Source: Candidatus Saccharimonadales bacterium (GTDB lineage: Bacteria > Patescibacteriota > Saccharimonadia > Saccharimonadales > UBA10212). From it: a stretch of 64,000 bases of DNA. Position numbers and translations under genes: made by a program. The stretch is taken from contig DASTXL010000001.1 in NCBI GenBank assembly GCA_035758565.1, positions 396,981 through 460,980 on the forward strand, written 5' to 3'. Each line of letters starts with the position of its first letter. The stretch's first letter is position 1. Shown in pieces: positions 1 through 10,098 of this stretch. The notes beneath the pieces were generated by a model, which saw only the letters and a program-made list of their open reading frames with translations, was not told the DNA's origin and searched no databases.

Positions 1-841
1 AACAATCACCTTCGCGAGTATTGATAATATTTCTAGCTTTTCTAAGGACGGCATCATCAAGAATTTTTTTAAGCTTCTCTGTTCTTTTTGATTTACCAAT
101 GCTATTAATGTGGTAAATGGCTTGCTCTATCTGCTCTGTGCGAATACATTCTTCTATGAATTCTAGATCGGGCTTCGCCTCGCTATCGCTCCTCAACTCC
201 CGCTGAGATTCATTGGCCCGGGCGCCAAGCGTATTCATGGCAGTATCCGCCTCTTTTTGGAGAGCCTCTATTCTCTCGCGGGCCAGCGCTCTGAAATGAT
301 CAAATGCCTCGTTTATAATGTCGGGCTGTATTAAGCCAGGCTCCAGCGCTCTTTCGGCAGCTTCTTGAAGACTCATAGATAGAATTTTGTCCAGTTCAGC
401 CATTACTTCCGGGGCAAAGTCTGCCACATCTAAACCGTCTTCTGCGAAGTCGCCGAGCTGCGCTCGCAATGCTTCCATTAACGGCTTACGATATGCAGCC
501 ACCAGCTCACACGGTGGCACTTGGTCCTCCAAGCTAGCTGGCGGCAAAGTTAACTGAACATCGGGAGAAGTCAGCTCACGAGTGGTGGCGTAGGCGAATT
601 GCATCCTGACGCTGTAGTGGCATTGCTTCAGGACTTTGGACATAGATCCCAGAAAAGCCAGTTCAAGGTTCAACTCATTAACAGGCTGGCCGCTATCTTC
701 TAGCATCTGCCTTCCCTCAAGAACTATCGCGTTAAGCTCTTCAGCCACAGCCTCCTGAAAAGTTTCTTGTCTTTCTGCGGCTAGATCTAGTTTTCGTGAT
801 CTTATTTCGTGGTCACTGTTGCCCAAAAAACTTTCGGTCAT
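1..841 (-). CDS. hypothetical protein, mostly helical (3' end truncated by the window edge; start ATG at 841..839)
   Basis: Open reading frame verified by manual translation across all of 1..841 (MTESFLGNSDHEIRSRKLDLAAERQETFQEA...). It lies 5 nt downstream of the lysS stop on the same strand. No recognisable family. Confidence 0.55.
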   Translation of the reverse strand, partial: MTESFLGNSDHEIRSRKLDLAAERQETFQEAVAEELNAIVLEGRQMLEDSGQPVNELNLELAFLGSMSKVLKQCHYSVRMQFAYATTRELTSPDVQLTLPPASLEDQVPPCELVAAYRKPLMEALRAQLGDFAEDGLDVADFAPEVMAELDKILSMSLQEAAERALEPGLIQPDIINEAFDHFRALARERIEALQKEADTAMNTLGARANESQRELRSDSEAKPDLEFIEECIRTEQIEQAIYHINSIGKSKRTEKLKKILDDAVLRKARNIINTREGDC

Positions 842-846
842 ATTGT

Positions 847-2355
847 CTACTCAAACTTTAAGTCTGGATAAATCCCGCGGGTGACGTCATCGACATCGTA
901 ACGCAGCTGCGGGAAAGGCACGCCTTCGCGAGCAGTGACTCCCTCTAGTAACCAAAAAACCCGCTCAGAATGACCCCAACCGCAAGTTGGCGGCATACCA
1001 TATTCCAGCATTTCTACGTAATCTATATCAAGCATCTGGGCTTCTTCGTCACCGGCGTCGCGCATAGCTTGCTGTTCGCGGAAGCGAGCCAGCTGGTCTA
1101 GTGGATCATTCAGCTCGCTATAACCGTTACCGAGTTCGGTACCGGCAATTACGGGCTGGAAACGCTCTACGGTTTCTGGACGCTCTGGATTCTTTTTGGC
1201 CAGCGGGCTGATAAATAGCGGCGTATTAATTAACCAAGTCGGACCTTCTAAGTCTTTTCTGATGTTCTTCCAGAGTTTGTCTATGCCCCGAGCTTTGTTG
1301 TCGGTCTTTTCGACCACTAACTTATTGTCGGCTAGGGCTTTTTTAACGTCTTCTAGGCTGCAGTTATAAGGATCAATGCCATATTTTGATTCAATAGCCT
1401 CGGCATAATCAAGCTTTTGCCACTGCTTATCGAGGTCCACTTTAAAATCGCCTATTTCAAACTGCATTTTGCCAAAGGTTTTAAGCGCAATGTATTTAAA
1501 CATGTCTTCCATAAATGCCATACCATCGCGCCAGTCGGCGTAAGCCCAGTACCATTCCATGGCTACGTGCTCAGGCAGATGCTCGTCGGTGTAATGTTCG
1601 TTGCGAAAGCGCGGACCGATATCATATACCTTTTCGTAACCGCCGCCAATTAGTTTTTTGAGCGGTAATTCATGACTAATGCGCAAGTAAAAATCCTGGT
1701 CTAAAACATCCATGTGGGTTTTAAAAGGTTTAGCATCAGCCCCGCCGGTTGTGTGCTCTAAAACTGGAATATTTACCTCAACAAAACCATGTTTATTCAG
1801 ATATTCGCGGTTAGCTTCCCAGAATTTGCTGCGCCGGATAAAACGCTCGTAGACTTCCTGGTTGGCATTAAGGTCGACGTAGCGGCGGCGAAAACGCTCT
1901 TCTTTATTAGTCAAACCGTCTCTGCCCGGCAGCGGCCGCAAGCTTTTAGCCAGCAATCTGAGCTCACTAACCTGAACTGATATCTCGCCAGTTTGAGTCT
2001 TGATAACAGGCCCAGTAGCCTGGATAAAATCTCCACTGTTTAATAGGCCGATTTCAGAAAAATTAAGCTGGCTTTTACTGTGGTCGGCTGCCGGCATATT
2101 TGTTTCCGTCAAGAACAACTGGAGCTGGCCGCTATGGTCTTTTAAAACAATGAAGGCAATCTTACCAAAGCTGCGAATACCAGTTACCCGGCCAACGACA
2201 CTGACTTCATTGCCGGATAACTCCTCGAATTTCGGAGTTATGTCGCCAAGTAAATGAGTCCTTTTAGCGTGGGCGGGGTATGGATCGATGCCGAGCTTCT
2301 TGATTTCTTCAAGTTTTTTCAGCCGCTCGTCGCGATAGTCTTTCAGAGTTGCCAT
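847..2355 (-). CDS. lysS: lysyl-tRNA synthetase, class II
   Basis: 502 aa with an N-terminal OB-fold anticodon-binding region plus class II core motifs; full-length similarity to bacterial LysRS. Confidence 0.9.
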   Translation of the reverse strand: MATLKDYRDERLKKLEEIKKLGIDPYPAHAKRTHLLGDITPKFEELSGNEVSVVGRVTGIRSFGKIAFIVLKDHSGQLQLFLTETNMPAADHSKSQLNFSEIGLLNSGDFIQATGPVIKTQTGEISVQVSELRLLAKSLRPLPGRDGLTNKEERFRRRYVDLNANQEVYERFIRRSKFWEANREYLNKHGFVEVNIPVLEHTTGGADAKPFKTHMDVLDQDFYLRISHELPLKKLIGGGYEKVYDIGPRFRNEHYTDEHLPEHVAMEWYWAYADWRDGMAFMEDMFKYIALKTFGKMQFEIGDFKVDLDKQWQKLDYAEAIESKYGIDPYNCSLEDVKKALADNKLVVEKTDNKARGIDKLWKNIRKDLEGPTWLINTPLFISPLAKKNPERPETVERFQPVIAGTELGNGYSELNDPLDQLARFREQQAMRDAGDEEAQMLDIDYVEMLEYGMPPTCGWGHSERVFWLLEGVTAREGVPFPQLRYDVDDVTRGIYPDLKFE

Positions 2356-2407
2356 ATAAATAGTAGTTTATATTCTTTGGTATCTATTATCAAAGAATAG
2401 CGTAAAG

Positions 2408-2854
2408 TTATGAGATGTCAGTAATCTTGTAGGAGACCGAATTTATTTCGATCTGGTCACCAACTTTTTTGCCCAGCAAAGCTTTGCCAATTGGAGCCTC
2501 GTCGGATAGTTTACCGTTCAAGGGATCGGCCTCCATGGTGCCCACAACTTGGAATTCCTTAGTGGTGCCGTCGTTTTTTAGCTTAACCACCGAACCCAAA
2601 CGTACCTGGCCGTCGCTTTTAGGTTTCTTGATAACCTGGGCGTTTTGCAAAATGTGGTCTAGCTCGGAAATGCGGGATTCTAAGCGATCTTGCTCTTCGC
2701 GGGCAGTTTGATACTCGGCGTTTTCGCTTAAGTCACCTAACTCACGAGCTTCTTTAATGCGGTCAGCAACAGCCACACGCTGAGACATTAAACCTTCAAG
2801 CTCACTTTTAAGCTCGTCTAGTCCGGATTGGGTCAGTTTAAACTGTTTTTTCAT
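2408..2854 (-). CDS. greA: transcription elongation factor GreA
   Basis: 148 aa with a coiled-coil N-terminus carrying acidic tip residues (DLSENAEY) and a C-terminal FKBP-like domain. Confidence 0.9.
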   Translation of the reverse strand: MKKQFKLTQSGLDELKSELEGLMSQRVAVADRIKEARELGDLSENAEYQTAREEQDRLESRISELDHILQNAQVIKKPKSDGQVRLGSVVKLKNDGTTKEFQVVGTMEADPLNGKLSDEAPIGKALLGKKVGDQIEINSVSYKITDIS

Positions 2855-2941
2855 GATTTACTAAAACCTTGTCTTAAAAAAATAACCCCAAGTTCCCCAC
2901 GAAAGAACTAAGAATGTCGCTTGATTATAGCAAGCCAAGAT

Positions 2942-4189
2942 TTATTTGCCTAGTACTTGGATTACAGAAGTTAAGCCGACAATTTGAGTCTCTTCTGAGC
3001 TGCGCGATTTAAGCTCAAAACCGCCGCTCTCAAGAGATTTAGCACTAACCACTAGGCGGAATGGCAGACCCAATAAATCGGCGTCAGCAAACTGCTCGCC
3101 AGGCCGCTCGCCTCGATCGTCGTAGAGCACCTCGATGCCAGCTGATTTAAGCTTTTCATAGGCTTCGTCGGCTGCTTTTAATATCGCGGGATCATCGCCC
3201 AATCGGCACAAATAAACATGATACGGGGCTACATTCACTGGCCATACCAACCCGCGCTCGTCGGCAAACTTTTCAGCTATAACACCCATAAGTCTAGTGA
3301 TCCCGATGCCATAAGACGCCAAGTAGACTGGCTTCTCTTGCCCTTCGGCGTCGCTAAAGTAAACGCCCATTTGCTGAGCCTTATCGGACCCAAAGTTAAA
3401 AATGTTACCTACTTCGGCGCTTTTGACCACTTCTAGTTCGTCTTTTGAAATGTTAAGTTCCTTGATAGCTTCATCTAGAACTTCTTCGTTTACAGCAATA
3501 TTTCGGCCACGATGCAAGTAAAGAACATCTTCGCCAGCATCACAAATGGTCTGGAACTCATGACTGAATTTAGTAAACGCGCCACCGCTCGCGAAAGTTA
3601 CGAATGTTTCCTTGCCAATGCCAAGCCGTTCGTAAACTTTTTTGTAGGCTTCGATAACTTTGTTGTAGTAATCATCCAGATCTTCGGCCGAAGTGTGCAG
3701 AGAGTACATGTCTTTCATGACGAATTCGCGGCCGCGCATTATGCCGCTTTTGGCCCTAAGTTCGTTACGCAGTTTTGTTTGGAATTGGTAAACGCTAGCT
3801 GGCAAGTCTTTATAACTCTGGATGAACTGCTGCATCATGGCCAGAATTGGTTCCTCATGACTCCAGGCCAAGCCCAACTCACTTCCATCCTGCAAATGAG
3901 TCTTAAACCAAACGTCTACGACCTTTTCGTCCCAACGGCCGGTTTTCTGCCAGATATCCGGTCGTTGCAGATTGGTCATTATCAGCTCTTGGCCGCCAAT
4001 AGCATTCATTTCTTCGCGAACAATTTGTTTGATGTTTTCCAGCACCTTAAAGCCGAGCGGCAAATAATCATAAACGCCGGCCATTTCTTTATGCACAAAA
4101 CCAGCGCGAATCAATAATTGTGCGTTAAGAGATTCTTCGTCAGCCGGTGTTTGCTTGCGAGTAGAAATAAATAGTTGGCTTCGTCTCAT
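2942..4189 (-). CDS. proS: prolyl-tRNA synthetase (short form lacking the editing insertion)
   Basis: 415 aa with class II aaRS core and C-terminal anticodon-binding domain; no INS editing domain. Confidence 0.85.
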   Translation of the reverse strand: MRRSQLFISTRKQTPADEESLNAQLLIRAGFVHKEMAGVYDYLPLGFKVLENIKQIVREEMNAIGGQELIMTNLQRPDIWQKTGRWDEKVVDVWFKTHLQDGSELGLAWSHEEPILAMMQQFIQSYKDLPASVYQFQTKLRNELRAKSGIMRGREFVMKDMYSLHTSAEDLDDYYNKVIEAYKKVYERLGIGKETFVTFASGGAFTKFSHEFQTICDAGEDVLYLHRGRNIAVNEEVLDEAIKELNISKDELEVVKSAEVGNIFNFGSDKAQQMGVYFSDAEGQEKPVYLASYGIGITRLMGVIAEKFADERGLVWPVNVAPYHVYLCRLGDDPAILKAADEAYEKLKSAGIEVLYDDRGERPGEQFADADLLGLPFRLVVSAKSLESGGFELKSRSSEETQIVGLTSVIQVLGK

Positions 4190-4219
4190 ATCTTGATTTA
4201 GTTTACCTAGAAAAGTCCG

Positions 4220-4984
4220 CTAGTGGAAGTGAACACCAAAAGCGACCAGATTGTTGAGCATGTGCACTAATATTCCAGCATAGAGCGCACCAGTCGATTC
4301 CCTAAGATAAACCAGCACCAACGAAAGAACAAAAGTATCGATGCCAGCGGCCCAAAGCAGTGGCGCACCACCACCAATTTCTAGATGGGCAATTCCAAAC
4401 AAAATGCTGGTAACAATTGCCGCCGGCCAAAACTTTAGCCTGGCTCTTAAGCCCGAAAATAAATAACCACGAACCAGCGGCTCTTCGCCAAGAGGCGGCA
4501 CAATCACCAGAGCTGCGAAAGCCAGCAGATTATCAGTGGTGGTAGTTATATTGTTAAAACCCAGATCCTGTTGCTGATTGGTGTTAACATTGGGCAAAAA
4601 TACACTGACTAGCAGGCTGGCAACTATAAGTAGTCCGTAAAATACGGTGAAGCCAATCAGGGCTTTGAATACGTCGTCCCAAATCGGCCGGCGGCCAAGT
4701 CCTATGAATCTTGGCGGCAAACGACGGTTTTTAAGACTCAATAAAACTAGGGCTACCGCCAGACCTTCGGCGAGTATGACATAAAAAAATTGCCCAGCCG
4801 ACGAATTATCAAGCAGGCCGGCCACATTGATATGGGGGTGCATAATCGACAAAATCAACTCAACTATAAAAGCAGCCAGAATTTGACTAAAGAAAAAAAT
4901 GACTAGCGTGTTGAAAATTAGCCAATACGGACCGCCCAGGTCTGCCCTGTCTCGGCCCTTAAAAAGATTTAGCTTTGTCTTCAT
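4220..4984 (-). CDS. CPBP-family (CAAX) intramembrane metalloprotease
   Basis: Multi-TM protein with the EExxxR motif (EEPLVRGY) and FxxxH motif (FGIAHL) typical of Abi/CPBP proteases. Confidence 0.75.
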   Translation of the reverse strand: MKTKLNLFKGRDRADLGGPYWLIFNTLVIFFFSQILAAFIVELILSIMHPHINVAGLLDNSSAGQFFYVILAEGLAVALVLLSLKNRRLPPRFIGLGRRPIWDDVFKALIGFTVFYGLLIVASLLVSVFLPNVNTNQQQDLGFNNITTTTDNLLAFAALVIVPPLGEEPLVRGYLFSGLRARLKFWPAAIVTSILFGIAHLEIGGGAPLLWAAGIDTFVLSLVLVYLRESTGALYAGILVHMLNNLVAFGVHFH

Positions 4985-4991
4985 GTTTCCT

Positions 4992-6170
4992 CTAGAAGAA
5001 TCGCCTGACGTCTACAATGGTTATTAAAACCATCAAAGCCAGCAATACAACCATGCCAGCGCCGACGATTTTTTCTTCAGTCTCCGGAGCGAGGGGTTTC
5101 TTAAAGATGCCGCGCGACACCAGCATCATAAAGAGCCGTCCGCCATCCAGAGCCGGTATCGGCAAGACATTCATGAGTGCCAAAGTCAAAGATATAAGTG
5201 CGATTAAAGCAATAACAAAATTAAAGCCCAGGCTGCCGCTGTTCCAAAGAACATCCATAATAGCCACCGGACCGCCAACTTGGCTCTCGGCTGCTGTTTG
5301 ACCATTAACCCTGGCCGCGTGATTGCCCGTAACCAATCCAGCAATCAACGATCCCAGCCCGCCGATTGCGTGGCCCAGGCCTTGAACGGTTAACCAGACA
5401 AGTTGACTGGCAAAACCGATTGCCGTAAGCGGAGCGCTCCAGGTTGAGCGCTGAATTGTAATCTGATTAGGCGACACTCCTAGATAACCCTTCTGGCCGT
5501 TGCTGGCCTCAACTTCTTTAGCGCCCAGAAGCTGCACGTCTTTGGTCTCTATTTTTCCGCTGTGCTTATAAGTCAGCGTCACTTTTTTGCCGGCAAATCG
5601 AGTAGTGGCGTCATGGAGTTGCGAAGTAGTATTGATGTTATCGTGCTGATTCTTGTAGCTAACCGAGGTAATAATATCTTGACTGGATAGTCCAATCTTT
5701 TGGGCCGGCGAGCCGTCGATTACAAGACCAGCTTCTACTTGCTGTTGAATAACGTGCGTATCGTTTTTAATAGTGAATTGATCTTGGCCGTTATAGTCTT
5801 TACTAATCAGGACCGGCATACCAACCCAGCCCAAAATTGTTAAGAGAACAAGTCCAATTAAGGCATTCATGGCTACGCCAGCCAATAAAATTTTGGTCTT
5901 TGAGCCGAGAGCGGCCGCGCCAAAACTACCCTTGGCGGTATCGTTATCGTGCTCGCCTTTAAGTTTCACAAAACCACCCAGCGGCAGCCAGTTAACGCTT
6001 AGTAGCAAGCCGCTTTTTAGACGGCGGCCGTAAGCTCTCGGCGGAAAACCTAAGCCGAACTCTTCGGCGTCAACGCCGTTTCGTCGAGCCACAATAAAAT
6101 GGCCCCATTCGTGACCTAAAATCAAGCCTATGAAAAGAATTACGGCCAACACAAACAGAGCTATTTGCAT
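4992..6170 (-). CDS. rseP: RIP site-2 metalloprotease RseP
   Basis: HExxH zinc motif (HEWGHF), PDZ-like middle region, and the LNVLPIPALDGG motif in the last TM region. Confidence 0.85.
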   Translation of the reverse strand: MQIALFVLAVILFIGLILGHEWGHFIVARRNGVDAEEFGLGFPPRAYGRRLKSGLLLSVNWLPLGGFVKLKGEHDNDTAKGSFGAAALGSKTKILLAGVAMNALIGLVLLTILGWVGMPVLISKDYNGQDQFTIKNDTHVIQQQVEAGLVIDGSPAQKIGLSSQDIITSVSYKNQHDNINTTSQLHDATTRFAGKKVTLTYKHSGKIETKDVQLLGAKEVEASNGQKGYLGVSPNQITIQRSTWSAPLTAIGFASQLVWLTVQGLGHAIGGLGSLIAGLVTGNHAARVNGQTAAESQVGGPVAIMDVLWNSGSLGFNFVIALIALISLTLALMNVLPIPALDGGRLFMMLVSRGIFKKPLAPETEEKIVGAGMVVLLALMVLITIVDVRRFF

Positions 6171-6211
6171 AAGCTAAATTGTATCACGCTAACCTGATAA
6201 TAATCTGTTAG

Positions 6212-6895
6212 CTAAGCTCCATATCGGCGCTGGCGATTGGCGAACTCGTCTAGTGCGAAGTCAATGTCTTCGGGAGTAAAGTCGGGCCAGTGCTTATCTA
6301 GAAATAGCAGTTCAGAATAGGCTGCCCTATAGAGCATGAAGCCACTTAGTCGCTGTTCGCCAGAGGTTCGGATAATCAGATCCAGTGGTGGCACTTCCGG
6401 CTTGTATAAGTAGCTTTCAAAGGTTTCTAAGTCTAGTGAATCTGCATTAATTTTTTGTTCAATTATCGCCTTGGCCGCATCTACTATTTCCTGCTGCCCG
6501 CCATAATTGAAGCATAAAGCCAGAGTCCCGCCGGTATTGCCAGCTGTTTTACTCTCGGCCTGCTCAATGGCTTTGAGAACCGGCTTTGATAGTTTATCGC
6601 GGCTGCCAAGAATTAAAATCTTGATATTATCGCGGTGAAAATCGTCTAAGTATTCTGTAATTGCCCGCGTAACCAAACGCATCAAAAAGCCTACTTCTTC
6701 TTCGGTACGCTTCCAGTTCTCGGTAGAGAAAACAAAGGCGCTAAGATACGGGATTTTCTTTTCTAGAAACGTGTAGCGTGAAAGTTCATAAAAGTTCTTG
6801 TAACCGGCCAGGTGGCCGTCCATTGGTTTTTTGCCCTGGGCGCGCGCCCAGCGACGATTGCCGTCCATAATGACGCCTATATGCTGTGGTTTCAC
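6212..6895 (-). CDS. uppS: undecaprenyl-diphosphate synthase (isoprenyl transferase)
   Basis: MDGNRRWA motif and cis-prenyltransferase fold signature. Apparent GTG start lies immediately after the stop of the upstream gene. Confidence 0.9.
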   Translation of the reverse strand: MKPQHIGVIMDGNRRWARAQGKKPMDGHLAGYKNFYELSRYTFLEKKIPYLSAFVFSTENWKRTEEEVGFLMRLVTRAITEYLDDFHRDNIKILILGSRDKLSKPVLKAIEQAESKTAGNTGGTLALCFNYGGQQEIVDAAKAIIEQKINADSLDLETFESYLYKPEVPPLDLIIRTSGEQRLSGFMLYRAAYSELLFLDKHWPDFTPEDIDFALDEFANRQRRYGA

Positions 6896-7948
6896 CTATT
6901 TATTCCTGCTCGTAACATAATCTATTAAATCTGATAAAAAATCTTTGGCGGCCTGATCAAAACTACTGGAAGTGATAGCTTTTTTAGTCTTAGTAGAAAA
7001 CTCTTGGGCTTTGGCCTCTACGGCAGAACGAGCGCCGCAATTTTCGACAATTGCCTGTACTTCTTCAAATTCTGATTGACTTAAGTGCTGGTTCCCCAAC
7101 GCCTTGCGCACTAAACCTGCGTTTTGATGGCCTGCACGCTCCAAAGTATACAGCATTAAGAGCGTAAATTTACCTTCTTTTAGATCGTCTTGAGCCGATT
7201 TACCCGTTTCTGTTGGATTGCCAAACAGGCCTAAAAGATCATCTTGCAACTGAAAAGCCACACCGGCCGGCCGGCCAATCGATTCTATTTCCTTCATAAA
7301 GTCTGGCTCGGCTTTGCCGGCTAAAATAGCGCCGAGCTGCAATGGGCTAATGAAGCTGTAGTAGCTGACTTTCATCTCTAGTAAATGGATAATTTGTGCC
7401 TCGGTAGCTTGAACTTTTAGGTCATTATTCAAATCATCCATTTGCCCGTAAACCGTAGCTAAGATATTCCTATGCAGGACCTGCGATGCCTGGCTTAAAC
7501 GAGCCGGCTCGGCCTCAATTAAGCTCAAGATGTACGAAGCTAGATGCTCGCCCAGCAAACCAACATTAATAGCCATCATGCTGGCCAAATACTCACTGCT
7601 TTTACCTAGTTCGGCAGCCAACAGTCTATGGACCGTTGGCTTGCCTCGACGCTCTGGCGAACGATCCATAACATCGTCAATAATGCATAGATAACTTTGA
7701 ACCAGTTCTTGGGCAATGGCGGCGTTAATAATAGAGTCCGAAGACTCACCGGCTAAGCTTTCGTACGCAAAAAGAGTCAGAGCACCGCGCAGCCTCTTGC
7801 CTGGCCGCAAAGTGAACTCTTTTAAGTACCCTAGAAGTTTAAGTTCGTAGTCATTAAGCTCCAGACCGCCCGCCGAAAGATCCGATTCAAAAAAATCAGC
7901 CAAGGCATTGTCGATCCGCTGGCGATAACTTTCGAGCTGGGACTGCAT
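6896..7948 (-). CDS. trans-polyprenyl diphosphate synthase (IspA/GGPPS-like)
   Basis: Two aspartate-rich motifs (DDVMD and DDLLG) of the trans-isoprenyl diphosphate synthase family. Confidence 0.8.
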   Translation of the reverse strand: MQSQLESYRQRIDNALADFFESDLSAGGLELNDYELKLLGYLKEFTLRPGKRLRGALTLFAYESLAGESSDSIINAAIAQELVQSYLCIIDDVMDRSPERRGKPTVHRLLAAELGKSSEYLASMMAINVGLLGEHLASYILSLIEAEPARLSQASQVLHRNILATVYGQMDDLNNDLKVQATEAQIIHLLEMKVSYYSFISPLQLGAILAGKAEPDFMKEIESIGRPAGVAFQLQDDLLGLFGNPTETGKSAQDDLKEGKFTLLMLYTLERAGHQNAGLVRKALGNQHLSQSEFEEVQAIVENCGARSAVEAKAQEFSTKTKKAITSSSFDQAAKDFLSDLIDYVTSRNK

Positions 7949-7957
7949 GCTAACCCG

Positions 7958-8536
7958 CTAAACGGTCATTATCTCTTGTTCTTTGGCTTTGGCTAGAGCT
8001 TCAACTTCAGCTTTTTGTTTAGCAAGCAGTTCATCTACTTGTTTTTCAAAACGAGCAAGATCGTCTTTGCTAATATCTTTATCTTTTTCGGCTTGCTCGG
8101 CGCGTCGGAGTGCCTCGTGGCGGATATTGCGGGCACTGATCATAGTTTCTTCAACTTTCTGGCCCAGGACTTTGACCATTTGCTGTCTGGTTTCGGTAGT
8201 TAATGGCGGAATCTGGATACGCACGACACGGCCGTCATCTGCCGGATTTAGACCCAGGGACTGGTTGTTGCGGATGGCGTCGCTAATAGCCTGCAGATTG
8301 TTTGGGTCAAAAGGTGTTATTTGTAACAACTGGGCCTCAGGCGCCGTAATAGTAGCCGTGGCTTTCAATGGCATCTGCTGGCCGTAAACCTCAACCATGA
8401 CATTATCAAGCATACCCGGATGGGCCCGGCCAGTGCGGATTTTGGCTATCTCTTGCTTGAAGTGCTCAGCCGCGGCGTTAAGTTTTGTACGGGCGTCATC
8501 AAGAGTTTGGTTTGGATTCATAAAAGAATTATACAA
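7958..8536 (-). CDS. frr: ribosome recycling factor (probable true start is ATG at 8521; the track start at 8536 is TTG)
   Basis: Full-length RRF similarity (KIRTGRAHPGMLD...). A TATAAT box sits 6 nt upstream of the ATG at 8521, suggesting a leaderless mRNA. Confidence 0.9.
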   Translation of the reverse strand: MYNSFMNPNQTLDDARTKLNAAAEHFKQEIAKIRTGRAHPGMLDNVMVEVYGQQMPLKATATITAPEAQLLQITPFDPNNLQAISDAIRNNQSLGLNPADDGRVVRIQIPPLTTETRQQMVKVLGQKVEETMISARNIRHEALRRAEQAEKDKDISKDDLARFEKQVDELLAKQKAEVEALAKAKEQEIMTV

Positions 8537-8547
8537 CGCCCCGCCCC

Positions 8548-8576
8548 TGTTTAAAAATGAATAAATATTTTATAAT
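8548..8576 (+). promoter_or_regulatory. candidate sigma70 promoter: TGTTTA, 17-nt spacer, TATAAT
   Basis: Hexamers and 17-nt spacing read directly. Sits in the AT-rich stretch just upstream of the first high-GC islet gene. Confidence 0.4.
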
Positions 8577-8666
8577 TTAAGACCTAGTCAGTGGAAATCT
8601 CCCGTCCAAACTTATCTATAATGCGTGCGGGCCTGCTGGCTTGCACATCAAGAAACGGAGGATTGA

Positions 8667-9041
8667 GTGCTTCTTCGCACCTACCTGCTGCAAGCGTCAG
8701 CGGTGCTGCTGAGCTTCGGTTTGCTGGGGCTCGGCTTGCTCGAAGACTGGTGGCTGATCGCAGACATGCTGCTAGTCCTGGCGATCGCAATGACCGCCGC
8801 TGCGGTGCTCGTGGGCAACGACCACGAGATGCGCGTGATCGCGCTCCTCTTTTCCATCGTCTTTTTCGAGGCGTGGCAAGGGGCGCGCTGGCACTACAAC
8901 GGCTGGCAGCTCGCGGCTGTCGTGCTGTTCGCCGGCATCATCCCGCCCATGACCCTCGTCAACATCGCGGTCTGGCCGGAGATCTGGCGGGAGCGCAAAG
9001 CCCGCCGGTTTCCAGAGACCACCAGCCTGAATCTCGTGTAA
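8667..9041 (+). CDS. small integral membrane protein (about 4 TM), in a high-GC islet
   Basis: GTG start preceded by GGAGG; hydrophobic helices. About 65% GC against a roughly 47% GC host background. Confidence 0.55.
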   Translation: MLLRTYLLQASAVLLSFGLLGLGLLEDWWLIADMLLVLAIAMTAAAVLVGNDHEMRVIALLFSIVFFEAWQGARWHYNGWQLAAVVLFAGIIPPMTLVNIAVWPEIWRERKARRFPETTSLNLV

Positions 9042-9067
9042 ACGTCCCAACACCCAAAGGATCGGAT

Positions 9068-9841
9068 ATGCTACTGTACGCGTTCTTGGGCGGTCTTGCC
9101 GTCCTGGCCGTCGCCGCAGGCGTCGGCTTGCAGAAGTACTACATCGGCGGTGTCCGCCGGGCCGTCGGCTGGATCGTCAGCCACAGCCTGCCGGTCTTCG
9201 TCAAGCTCGGCATCACCCCGAATCGCATGACCTCCGCAGGCGTCAGCCTGTGCGTGGCCGCCTCTGGGCTGGTGCTGCTCGCCCACTACGACCGCGTGTT
9301 CTACTGGGTGGCAGCGGCCGTGTTCTTCGTCGGCGCCATGCTCGACGTGTTCGACGGCACGCTGGCCCGGGCTACCGGAGCGAGCACGCTATTCGGTGGC
9401 TTCGCCGACTCGGTGACCGACCGCCTGGGCGAAGGCATGATGCTCTCGTGCATCGGCCTGCTGTTCATGTGGCAACACCACCGGTTCGCCGCCTTCATCA
9501 TCGGCCCGACGATCCTGGGCTCCTGCTTGGTCAGCTACGCGCGGGCCAAGGCGGAGCAGCTGGACATCGAGTGCCGCGACGGCATCGGCGGCCGCGCCGA
9601 GCGCTGCTTCCTGATCATCGCTGGCCTCGTTCTGGCTCCGAAAGGCGCACTGCCGTGGGCGATCTACGTCCTGGCGGGTATCGCCTGGCTCACGGTCGGG
9701 CATCGAATGCTGGTGGTTCGCCAGAAGCTCGAGGGCCGCGCCACGTTGCTGAAAGCAGGTGAGCGCTTCGTCGGCCTGCTGGCCGGCATCCTCACCCTGT
9801 CGATCGTGATGATGTACTTCGGCATCGACTCGCCGTGGTGA
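9068..9841 (+). CDS. CDP-alcohol phosphatidyltransferase family protein, in a high-GC islet
   Basis: Perfect signature D-G-x2-A-R-x8-G-x3-D-x3-D (DVFDGTLARATGASTLFGGFADSVTDR) in a multi-TM protein. ATG at 9068 preceded by AAAGGA. The track ORF 8591..9841 is an upstream in-frame over-extension. Confidence 0.85.
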   Translation: MLLYAFLGGLAVLAVAAGVGLQKYYIGGVRRAVGWIVSHSLPVFVKLGITPNRMTSAGVSLCVAASGLVLLAHYDRVFYWVAAAVFFVGAMLDVFDGTLARATGASTLFGGFADSVTDRLGEGMMLSCIGLLFMWQHHRFAAFIIGPTILGSCLVSYARAKAEQLDIECRDGIGGRAERCFLIIAGLVLAPKGALPWAIYVLAGIAWLTVGHRMLVVRQKLEGRATLLKAGERFVGLLAGILTLSIVMMYFGIDSPW

Positions 9842-9873
9842 GCGCGCCAGAGCGTGCCAATCCTCCACCCTAT

Positions 9874-9903
9874 AGGCGGGATCCAAAACTCAATGGATCC
9901 CGC
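9874..9903 (+). terminator. perfect 10-bp inverted repeat hairpin (GGCGGGATCC, 10-nt loop, GGATCCCGCC)
   Basis: Lies immediately after the phosphatidyltransferase stop; there is no strong U-tract. Confidence 0.4.
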
Positions 9904-9977
9904 CTCGCGGCATGGGCTAATTAAGTAGCATTCGCTCGCCCGTGCCGCCTCAACTCCTTATAATCTCATGCAGAGTA

Positions 9978-10006
9978 TTGACTTTTATGTAGTTTTATGC
10001 TAATAT
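9978..10006 (+). promoter_or_regulatory. candidate sigma70 promoter: TTGACT, 17-nt spacer, TAATAT
   Basis: Consensus-like hexamers with 17-nt spacer in an AT-rich spacer inside the high-GC islet, upstream of the third islet gene. Confidence 0.45.
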
Positions 10007-10098
10007 ATCCCTAACCATCAAGCTTATGCTTTGTTGGAGTCCCTCAAGGTATTACTTCCTTGTCAATTGCAGTAGCGAGAGAAAGGAATCAGCTGGCC

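Noticed and set aside
8591-9841. 416-aa plus-strand ORF spanning the high-GC islet
   Set aside because: It is an in-frame upstream over-extension through GC-rich sequence. The real gene is 9068..9841, with an ATG preceded by AAAGGA and a recognisable CDP-alcohol phosphatidyltransferase domain only in that part. The upstream portion overlaps the separate membrane-protein gene 8667..9041.
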